Assembly (NCBI GenBank): GCA_002633005.1 | Contig: NMRA01000632.1 | Coordinates: forward strand, 124,001-188,000 | DNA from: Phoronis australis | Lineage: Eukaryota > Animalia > Phoronida | Length of the DNA stretch: 64,000 nt | Direction: 5' to 3' | Shown here: positions 26,601 to 38,600 of the stretch, piece after piece | How the letters are laid out: each line of letters begins with the position of its first letter | How positions within the stretch are numbered: position 1 is the stretch's first letter | Made by a program: the position numbers and the translations under genes | The notes under the pieces: generated by a model | The model's input: only the letters and a program-made list of their open reading frames with translations | Databases searched by the model: none | What the model was told of the DNA's origin: nothing

Positions 26601-29600
26601 GCCAGCTGTGCACTGGAGGCTGGAACGAGGGTAAGCTTCCGGTTAGGGAGCTGGCATGCGTTCAGTAGACGCTAGGACCTACCCTAGGACCTAGCCAAAA
26701 GCTAGTCAAGGTCACGTGCTCTTATTTAAAATACACGGCAATATCTCGCGTAATCTCGCAAAGTCTTGCTTTTAAGCTAGGTCCTTGCGTTACTGAACGG
26801 GAGGCTGATGGCATGCTCTTACGGAAGAAAAACATGCATTGCGCAAGGCGCAGCAAGTCAATGGTGACGTCGCGACCGACAATAATGTAATGTAGTCAAG
26901 TGCCCAAACATTGAAAATGTTCAAGGTTAAACCTTGAATTTTCGTTCTGTATGTGGCAGGTGCTTCATTTTTCTGATCTCTTTGGCAGAGACCGGGGGGA
27001 GTACTCCACTATTTTTGTGTGCCAATGGGAAGTTAGGATACCAACCGCTTTAATGACTTAGCACGATAAAGCCCATCGTTTTAGAGAATAAAAGAAAGGA
27101 AGAAATTGAATCTAAGTTTCCTGAAAGACTAATCAGTCTGTAGAAGACTTAACAGTTCTTTGAAGTTAGTCCAATCAACATAGCAAATAAAATGTAAGTT
27201 TTAAACCATTCGGTGAAATTCTGTGTGACCAAGAGTAAATCTTTTAGTTGAGAATCAAACAGGAAAGGCACACTCTCACAGAGTAGTTCAGTGGCATGAA
27301 ACCCACCCGTCTCTAAACGCCAACACGACAAACTTGTGTCATAAATACTCAGGCTGAATTCGTAGTTTTGTCTGGAACATTACGGCGTTTCCCGTTGATC
27401 CCAACTTGTTCGATTATATAGCCCAACAACAAGTTGGGAAGATGACCCCTGGAGCCAATGTCTTACGCGAGTGATTAACTCAATTCTGGCATTTATGGTT
27501 AATGGAGGGCCAGCTCTCTACTGGGCTGTGCTGTTAAACATAAAAGTTAAGTTATAACATATTTGAACGTAAACCAATAGTGTTTCTTAATTTCTCGTCA
27601 AATGCTGATCATGCTTAGTTTTTGAATCGCCAAAATCGCCCGATTACAACCGAAGTTACGACAATTTGATCTTTCCGAACGTACCGATTCGCTCTTGGTT
27701 TGATTGTGTTTACACGTGGTCTGTAATAAGCCTGGTAGATAATTGGTCTGCCTGTTGTCATACCATATGGGCGGCGCAGCACTGAAAAAGTGGGGGGCTA
27801 AAGCCCTTCAGCCCCCCTGTGGTGCACCGCCTATATACCATGTGCGACCTAGCACTGAAAAAGAGGGGGGCTATAGCCTCCCCAGCCTCCTATGGTGCGC
27901 CGCCCATGTACCAGACAAAAGATTGTGCTTGGCAGTTAACAAAGGAACTAGATGTTATCACACGCTCACAACCCTCTACGTCTGGTAAAGTCACTCCGGG
28001 AGAACGTCGTAATGTGTATATTTACATGTGTACGTATCTACAAGTAACCAAGGCATTATCCCTCTGCATCTTCACGGTCATGGTTACCGTGAACTTGGCA
28101 AATTAGATCGTAAAAAGCCATTGACTTACAAGCGAAATATAATGCATTGTTCTGATAGCGCAACTACAGTACCTGGAGCCTGATTCATGAAAGGCGGAAA
28201 TTTAGTCTTATGCTCTCGCTACTAGAAGTTATCTCTTTAACTAGCAGTTACATGTGTATAAGTACACACTCTGAGACTTTGTACATTTCCTAAGGGATTT
28301 AATAACTTTCAGAAATAATTGTTTGGAGCGTGTGACCAAATTACGAACTTTTAAGTCCCAAGTCACTCTTCACGAAGCAGACTATGTTGTAAAATGTTTT
28401 GTCACCGGACGACAATATGTGTCGGCGTTCAAACTTAGTGCTGTAACATTGTGATGGCATTTATAGGGTCCCAAATGTTTCTGTTTGTAAAATCAACCCT
28501 CCGGTAAACGACTGAGACAGGCATCAGGCGTATCTATCATTATTTTAAACTATTTCTCGGATATCTCCCCCGTCCCACTTGCTACTACCTTGTTTTGGGC
28601 TCACTTACAATTTCCTGGGCCTCCCTCTGTGATCCGCCTGTGCACCAAATCCTTAGTACACTAGGCAGACTACCTTTCAACATAGTTGGGAGGCGATTAC
28701 ATCTGCCGGTGTTTACTGTACATGCACCCGACACATACTGTCGCCTGGGCGCTATATATTGTCGCATGTGGCATATATTGTCGTCCAGCTCAAAGTATGC
28801 GTCATCCATGACTAAAATGTTAAGTAAAAAAGCACATGAGTTGATTTTTTTCCAATTAGTGGTTTTAATCTGGCAAAAATACAAACGACACCGACTATAA
28901 AGTCATATATACTCCAGGTTTTACTGCATGAAAAATCTATACCATAGGTGGCGGAGGCATTGTCGTTTCTTCATAGTTGCGAGCAGACATTACACGGCAA
29001 TGTCACTCCACAGTCAATACTTGTAACCAAGAGAGGAACGTGGAAACTGGCAGGTCTGGGGTTTTCACAGAAGGGAGACAGCTCAAAATCAAACGTAAAT
29101 ATGGCAGAATCTTAATTACGTAAAGTTCAGATCTGATACTTTATCGATGATCCAAGTTACAGTGGTTTTCAAAATAAACTGGACAGCGTTGACATTCGAC
29201 AAAGTTTTGTCGCACAAAACCGCGACTAACTATCCACATCTTTTGTTGGAACCCGTATCAAATCTGTCTAAATCTCTGCAACATTTTAATAGATGTTGTT
29301 TCGTGCCCGTTGTCGAAATCACAACTCACTGCTTAAATAAGCACCCTAACGGCTAGAGGCAATGACATTACATTAAATTCAACAAAAGCTGGACTACACT
29401 ACCAAGAAGTTGTCCACATTTGGCCAGAGTCTGGCAGAGTTCTGCAGAAATCTGCGTGGTTTATTTTCAAAGTTACTGTACTGGATTGATAAAGACATGT
29501 TCTTGATGTTTCACGGTGCTTTTATAGCAAGAGTGGGTAACCTTCGTAAGCGCTCAGTTTAATTGATTTATTCGTGTGGTTTTGTCATTGAGGCATCGTT

Positions 29601-32600
29601 GCGATTGCTTGAATTTACCTTTTTGCTTATATAGACGAAATGGGACTCGTGTGTATCCAATTGATGAAATTTACTGGCCATTCCTCGTTTTCACCTGCTG
29701 GTAACTTGAAAAATATGTTCCGTCTGCTATGATTTCCTAAAATCCATTGGGCACACGTCGTCTTTCTCTACCCGCAAAAAGGTCAATATAACAAAGTTAA
29801 TGCTTTGAAATGTAAAAATGACATTGTTTGGCGTAGTTCCGTCCATTTGTATTGTTTTTAGCACCACTTCACTTATCGATATTTCCCTCAATTGAAATGT
29901 AGCGTTTCACCAATGGTGGATTTTGAATGGACCAAAAGACCAGTATCACCCGCTTAAAATACTCCTAAATAAGTCGCCATTAGTAAGATTTAAACAAATA
30001 ATAGTTTGGTGATCAAGGCGTTTTCTAGGCCACATGGCACATAAACATTTTTATCGCAAGACGACTTTACGTGTATGTACAGGTCAGTAATCTTGGCTTG
30101 CCTAACTCCACTCCCGCCCCTTGTCAGGCTCTTTCAGGCAGTATACATGTACCCCTTCGTAGCATGCATCGATCACGCACTATGACGACACCTTTTGTTC
30201 ACGCAGGAATACTTCCATCGTGCGCCATGGAATGCCAAAATCTCCAAAATGGTGCAACCCCCATTGGACTATACGGCTCCTGAAATCCAAAGCAAGAAAC
30301 AAATCAGTCTGGTCAGCGACATGTTCTCTCTGGGTATGGTGATCTGTGCTACATATAACGAAGGCAGGTCACTACTGGACTGTAACAACAACCTGCAGAC
30401 ATACTCAAAAAGGGTGGAACAAGTAAATACTGTTGCGTACTTGACGACAAGATTCTATCTTTTGTCACTATTTGGAAGACGTCGTCAATTGTGTCTCTGA
30501 CAACGTCGCCACCGTCTACAAATACTTCATAACTGTCAACACCTTCGTCATCGTCGTCAAAACTAATCTTTGTTGTAATCATAATCATAATTGTCGTCAT
30601 GGTGATGGTCGTGGTCATGGCCATTATTCATCGTCATTGTCTTTATCAGTATTGTCATTAGCAACAGGGCTATTGTCATCATCACCACCATCATATCATC
30701 ATCATTATAATCATCGTCATCATCGTCATCATTATCAGCATCATCTTGTAGTCGTAGTCGTCAACATCATCCTTTAATCATTATTATCAGTAACCTGGTC
30801 GTCAGCATCAATTTGAGCACAATCGTTCAGGTCTTCACCCACAGGAAACTTGAATCTTTTGTCCTGTGAATTCAAAAGAAAATTTTCTGTGCTGCAGTAA
30901 CGTAACAGTAACCTTGTTATAGTTAAAAAACTTCTTGTGCATTACATTAAGAAAATATTTGTGCAGTCTTGTAGGCGCCAAATGCAAGCTGATGGAGGTG
31001 TCTTGTATTATTCCGTATCCTCCCTCACCTGATCGAGGGCAATAAAACTGCCACAATATGACATGTTGTGGTGAAATATGTCTCCAACTATCTTGTAACT
31101 ACTTGTACATAACCTTTACACGGCCAATTCCAACTATTTCCCTGATCACAGAAAACAAATCAATCATTTTATGTCATTAAAATCAACTGCAATTTGTTCT
31201 CATTTCACTGCCTTATTCCAACAATAAGCAGCACGTCTAACGTCTGCACTGTATCACGTTTCAGATGAGTCAGTTGTTTGGTGCAATAGCAGGCAAAATA
31301 CCACTTCCTTTAGTTGAACCTGTTGAAAAAATGATCAACCAAGATGTACGTTATAGACCTACAGCCCAATCATTCACTCTAGTAAGTATACACGTGTCTC
31401 TTTGGAGATACACGAGCATTCACAACTGCTTTATGTTGCCTTTACACCCATGATAAAAAGAACACTTCATACTTAAAGTGGAATTTTGTTTCCACTTACT
31501 GCTGAAACGGGAAGTAAGAAAGAAAAAAAACAATCCCTTAAAAAGCTGAGAGATCACTTGAAAATGGTACATCGGCAAGTAACATTTCGATCTTGTTGGG
31601 GGAGTTTAGAACAAAAGGGAATACAGTTCTTACACATGCTAAGCGACAGCTAAGGTCAGGGTGCAGGGGCGGGTCCAGGGTTTTTAGTCGGTGGGGGGCA
31701 GGGCAGAGTACTACCCAGGCTTTTGACCATCAGACATTCGCACCCCGAACTGCCAAATGAAATCTGGAAGAATTTTTGGGGGGAGGGGGTGGGCGCATGG
31801 TCCCGTTAATTGGCCCCCTAAATCTGTCACTGGAGCGCGCAAGTATCTTGGACTACGATTCAAACTTTGACACTCTCGCATGCACGAATCGCGCGCATGC
31901 GCTAACCATTGCATCTAAGAGATGAATTGTACTGTACAACTGAACCTCTGTTTGTTTATAGCTCAAATACTTCCAAGATCCACTCGTTGGTTGCATTCAC
32001 TACATTGGTGCCATGGAACAGAAGACGTTGGAAGACAAGAGAGAATTCTTTGCTTCAATTCTTGTAGACATCATTCCCCATATTCCCAGTGTAGGTCTTC
32101 AAATCTAAATTTATCTTGAATTAGAAGCTTTGCAAAATCAAATGGACAATTTGCACCTGACGTGGAGATGTTTACAACAGGTCACTTGCACCTTGTATTA
32201 ATTTCCTCTGACACAGGTATAGAATGACGAATTGTTGTCGCCAATAAATTGCTGGGAAATTCCGTTAGCTGTGAAGAAGGTAATTATCCACAATTAGACA
32301 AATACTGACAACATGGTCACGCATCTACACGCACAGGTTTTTGTGTGTCTAGCCACCCAGCCTGTCGGTTGATTATTCGGTCTGCGTTTCGTAGAGCAAG
32401 CTTTTCGGGAATTTGACGAGGTCACGCAAGACCACAGAAAATCACACAAGTGAAATTTAACAGCGTTTCGTGAGCAAGCTCGGGACCTTACTGATGTAGA
32501 CGAGGAAAACGGCAGCCTCTGGATCTATTGGTCGGCAAGTAATGATGATACAATTCTCTATTTCCGTTCCATCAGCGAAGTCTTCTCGTCCAAATTGCCT

Positions 32601-35600
32601 CGCGCGAGAGTGTCTTGCGTTTATAGAACGTGACTCCGTAACGCATTCCCATATGGCAATGGCTTATGCATAAGTTGCATTAAACGAGCCTGACGGAACG
32701 CGGCTTTCTGGACATTTTATCATCTGGTTTGAAAGCACGATTTCCCACACTCTATTACACATATGACGTTCATCAATGAAAAGTATTGTATATCACTAAA
32801 AAAATACACGTTTGTTGTTTTAATTGGTGCCATAGCGTCATTGCAAAGCGAGTACAAAAATAAAAATTGTGGGTGTTTTGACGTCATGGTACAATGAGGA
32901 CAAAAATAGAAATTGCCCGCTGATTTGTGTGCTGGTAGTCATTTCTTTGCCTGAATGAACATTTTAGAACCTTTCTCCCAATTCTGATGAAGAATTTCGC
33001 GCAAATGAGTTATGAAATAGGTAAATTCACCTATCAGGAGGGTTATTTACGTTTGTGCTGTTTTTATTTTAGAAATAGGATACAATGAAAAACATCATTG
33101 TCCATCAGTTGAATTAGCATTATAGCTGGGCTTAAATTTGAAAATAGCTAACTTTAACTAGAATTAACAAGGTAGTTAATAGATAACACTTGGCAACAAA
33201 AATGATGAAATTTCACGTCAACCTTGAATTGCATCTTTCAGTTCTTTTTTTATAGAAAATATTGTTCAAACACATCGTGCCATGTTTACTGAAGGAGGTC
33301 GAGGACGACAATATGGTTGCTTTCGTGCTGCCCTCTATTATTTCGGTTATTGAGCACTCGACGCTGGAGCAATACAGGTTCCATGTACACGATGCATTTA
33401 TCAAAATGTTGTCTACGTCTAAACCTGCTCAAGTGAGTACAATTTATCCAAGGCATGCCACGATTTTGAACTGTTCATGTCCTCGTGCTACCGATTCCGA
33501 TGACGTCACTGATATCCCATTATACAAAATGGTACCGTGACAATAGGTAATAAAATATTCTACAATTCGCTTTATTGAAAAATATTATTTGTTTAACTTC
33601 ATGGAAGCTTACATTAAGGTTTTTAAACATTTTTAGCACTATCGATTTCATTTGAGTTCATTTGTCACCCCAGTTTAAGTACATGTAGCGTTGGTTACAC
33701 ATTTTTTCACAAACATTTAATTAACTGCTATTCAAATTAAGTCTAAAACGTTTGTGATTGTAGGTGAGTACAATCATATTAGGCGAGCTGAACGTTATAA
33801 CGACCAAACTACCCAACGACGAAGTGAGGAGAGTCATCCTGCCGCTCGTCTTAAATATGTTGGATTCTAACATTGCTCAGGAACAGGCAAGTGCCCCGCG
33901 GGAGATGTTATTCAGAGGATTTCATCTACGGCGCCGCTGTCGTTTTTCAAATGCATTATGGGGTCGTTCTCCATAGGCGGATTTAAGGGGGCCCAGGGGA
34001 CCCGCCCCCCCCCATTGGCTGCCCAAAAAAGTAAAACAGAAAGAGCGTAGGGAAATGTTGAGTTTATTAATTAACCCCGGTAATTGAAATTATACGCCGG
34101 ATGAAACAAGACTTAAATGTGTGCAGTTTTAGTGTGCCGTTTCCGTCGTCTGCTCCACGGTACAATGAAGAAAATTACTTCATTTTTTAAAGAAAATGGA
34201 ATCTGAGTGATGATGAAAAAACAGAAGCTGCTGGTAAGATGTCAATTTTAATCGAAGCCTTAGTGAATCACTCAGAAACTCATAATTCTCTCTTTGTCAA
34301 ACCTTAACTTAAGACGATTTCCAAAGCAATAACGACATTTTTGCCAACACAAAAAACGGATTTGGTCTTTTTGGCAATTGAAGACTATTTTAAACACAAC
34401 AAATTTGTTACGAACTGATTGCAAAAAATATAAAACATGTAATAAGCATTACAAAAAGAAGGAGGTTTCGCGCGCAAACGCTGTGAACCATAAACAAGTA
34501 GGTCTCTTTGTAACAAATCGTGGTGGTGCAGTGGTAAAGCCTCCAGGTCGTGAGTTCGAGTCTGTGGTACTTGCAGCTTTTCTTGTGTGTCACTTTCGCC
34601 GTGTTTTTTTTTTGCCTTTTTTCTTGGATAATACTTCGGGAATCAAGGAAAATGCTTGATTTTTAGAGGAAAAACAGAAAAATTTCCTGGACGGGAGGGA
34701 GGTTTGCCCCCCTCCCGACCTCCCCCCATTAGGTGCTATGCACATCTACAATCGTTCTTGGAGCAAAATGTTGGGCCCCCCTTGTGATATCCTAGATTCG
34801 CCACTGTGAGATGTGTGCTTTTTCCAGTTTAGTTCATGGCCCTCTTGGCTTTTGAATCAAGCAAGTCCTTGTGACGTTAACCTTGAGTTACCGATATTTT
34901 TGCATCGTAGTCTTAGCTTTATTTGTATGGTACAGATTCTGAGAATACAAACATTATTGGAAGGGACATAGGAAAATTCGATTTTACTAAACCATTTACT
35001 CTACTCCAAGGTTTCCAATTTCACAACCCCTTGGTCACTACCAAGGAATCTCTCTAGGCGCTGCAAATCATTGGAGGTGCAGTACCATAAAGCCACATAC
35101 AGTGTTTCATTTGTAGTTTACGTGAATCATTACGACAGCAATTTGCCACATACGATTTGTTCGCTTGTTTTTAGTATTGCGCTATTCGAGGAATACTCAC
35201 TTTACTCAACACTGTCGACAAGGATGTCGTGCAGAAGACGGTTCTACCTAAACTCAAGGCCATATTTCCCCGTGCAGGTCCCGAGGTATGTTAACATCTG
35301 TATTTTACATGCCGGTCGCGCACTCTGAAAATAGGTATGGCTAAGTGAGTTTATCAGATTCTCCTATGAATTGATGTTTCGATTTCTTAACATGTGCCAA
35401 TTTCTAGTTTTTCCACCGAATTTTCAGAACATTAAGGTGAGTGAACATTGGAGAATTATTGATTTCTGGTAAAAGCAGCATGTGACAGAATCTGTTATTT
35501 CAGAAGGTCGTTGAGTATTAATCAGCAAGACGCCATTTTCGACCCCATGATCTCTACCGATTTTTTGCATTGTGCTCTATGAATATTAGTCACTAAACTG

Positions 35601-38600
35601 TAGATTTCTTTTGGAATAACAAGTAAATCATGGAAATAGTGCTTAATCATAATTTTATGCCACTAGCGCGTAAATATTGCAGCTTTGCTTTGAAATGGAG
35701 ATTTTCAATTTATAGTCAAATCGGTAGGCCCCCGCCGGCGGCTAGATGCTTTTTGAGTTGACTGAGTGAATTCATATCTAGTTCAACATTGAAAATGTGA
35801 CCACTTTCAGTATTTTAGTTTTCATGTCAAGAGAATGTTTCGATAAATTTTGATATTAGAAATGAAAACAACGATATGGCATTCATCTGACGTAGCTGGT
35901 TTTCGTTTCAGATACAAGTAAATATCATTTCCGCCCTCAACACATTAATAGACTTCTTTGATCGCTCAGTTATTTTGGACGAAGTACTGCCCTTTATGAC
36001 AGATCTGCAAGTTCTGGATGCCTATGTGCTAATGGCTTTAATTGGTAAGAAATATTGCCAATAAGTGTTACACCTACATACTTTTGTAATTTTAGTGGTT
36101 ACTATAGTAACACACCGCGTGCCAACAAAATGTCATTGGTTACCGCATATAAATGTTGCATCTGTAATGCCATTGGCTAGTGGTCCTCATGAATATGCGT
36201 CAGTAATTAGATGGGTTGCTGCATATAATAGGCTGATACTTCTGTAATTCTATCGGTGATTGGCCATCTTAGACGTGTTTCTGTTATTCGATTGGTTGTT
36301 GCAGATACGTGTAGTAGTCATGTTTCTGGAATTTCATTGGTTACTACATTTATATTTATATACCACGTGCTTCTATAATGCCATTGATTGCTGCACCTCA
36401 TCATAGTCGTGTTTCTATCATTCCGGTGTTTGTTTCATTTGTTGTAGCCGTCAGCAACTGGAAAAAAGCAAGTGATTAATTTTACAGTTTTATACTTCAA
36501 GCTAAAGCCAACCGCAAACAATGCCAAATTTCGGTCTTAAATAGCAACTAAAGTAGTTGTAGTACTCCGTTATACACGTGGGCTCGCCCACGTTGGTAAA
36601 ACAGTTCAGGGGCGGATTCCGTCACACAGAACTCTGGCGAGACACTTGCGGTGAGAAAATTAAATTGTCTTTTAAGACTTATGAATCGGAAGACGTGAAT
36701 TTTCTCAGGCTTACAGGGATCTTGAGGCACTCCCAAGAAACTCGCTCCGCGGAACGCACCCCTGAACTTGAAAATCATTTCGGGAGTGCAAACGTCTGTC
36801 GACGATTGTATTCCCCGCTATTAAGCTTGGATTTTTGTAGACGTGTACAAGCAGATGTTGAGTGACAAAAGGTACGGATTGAACTATATCCTTTTGGCTA
36901 CGAAAGTGATGCCGTCTCTTCTCCCGCACACCATGTTGCAGTCATTATCACCAGACCAGGTCAGTCACGTGTTTGTGAAGGACCTATCAGTTTTGTTTCA
37001 TTGATGCGAGACAGGCAAATTCTCTATTGCCAATGAATTTCAATCTACATGCTTTTGCTTGTTTTACGTTTTCTACTACATTTTACTCGTTACGGAACGT
37101 AACACCGTATGTCCAAATATCAAGACACAAGAAGATCGGTTAATTAGTGAACTTTGTTGATGCTGTTTTTATAAAAACAAACACGACCTCGCAAATATCA
37201 GGTGACCAACGTTTTGTAACGTTTTGGTTAGATAGCAATTCGATGAAAGGGCGCACTTTACATGTAGCATAAATCCGGTTTAAAAATCTTAAAGTTTTTA
37301 CATTTCCATGAATTGAGATGCATTTCTTATAGCTATCGTTATTTAAGTACCGCCCCTTCACACTTATTGTAGTCTACTATGATATTTCAGTCCTGAATAT
37401 TTTAAAGCCATTCACTCTGATTAAACAATTCCTTTTAAATAAAAGCATAAAGCATGAATACTGAATATTGATGATTTAGAATATTCAATATTTAGGCTGT
37501 ATCATCCAATATGAAACTTGGACTATCGATGTAGAGAACGGAAACAAAGGACAGTGAGAAATGGAAAGAATTGGGCCTGAGATACTGTAGGAAACAGAGC
37601 CGTCTCAAAATGTGAAGGGCAGTCGCCCCATACACTGTAGGAAGGATTGTGACGGAATAGCTTTGTATTTTTTCATTTTGCAATGTCAAAGCGCGTTAAT
37701 AAATTTCATTGTGTAACCGTGTCCTGTATTCAACATTAAACGTTTGCTGACTTTGCCGTTACAGTACATAAAAATAGCCTATTACATTTCATGCAAAAAA
37801 GAGCGGCATCGGAAATCTATGACTCCACTCTCATTAGCGACAGCTATGGCGGGCCTATTTCTAACATTCCCCACCTCAAAAGCTGATACTGACCGCAAGT
37901 TTAGACGTTGTAATAAATTGATATTAGTGGGGCTCCTTTCCCAGCCTTTTGCGCCATTTCTCATTCATCTTTTGCGTGTCTGGTCCGCCCTTCTCGTCTG
38001 AAGGTCTGCCCTTCAAAGCAACTGTTCGAACTTCATACTGACGAAGCCTAACATTACGGTGTATGCCTCTCCCAAGTACAATATAGACCCAATATAGACT
38101 CAATATAGACCCAATATAGACTCAATATAGACCCAATATAGACTCAATATAGCCTACTTGCTTTTTAGTTGACGTTGTTGATGGCTGTCATACGAGAAAT
38201 GATGGACATAGTGGAGCGACAAAGGAGAAATAAAATGGACATCGACACATTGACAGTTACCCTGTCTCCAAGGTGAGGATTACAAAGCAAGGAATACGGT
38301 CTTTTCTTCTAGAACCTTTAAATCCATTTGCAAGTGACTGACTGATGTTTTCTCACTACAAAGGTAGAATTTGAGTAACTTGGCAAAACGTCTAAATAGT
38401 GAAGAACACACAGATTTCGAGATCATCATGCACACAATTCAGTAGATTGGTTCTCACTTTTCTCGTTCTTTACCTGCCCCTTCTCATCCTTTCCTTGCTT
38501 GTATGCTCCTTCCGGGAGACACTTGCTTCTCATCCTTTCTCCCTTTCGATACGTAGGATACCAAGCCACCGTATGCACGAGCATCGAATCATCCGCACTA

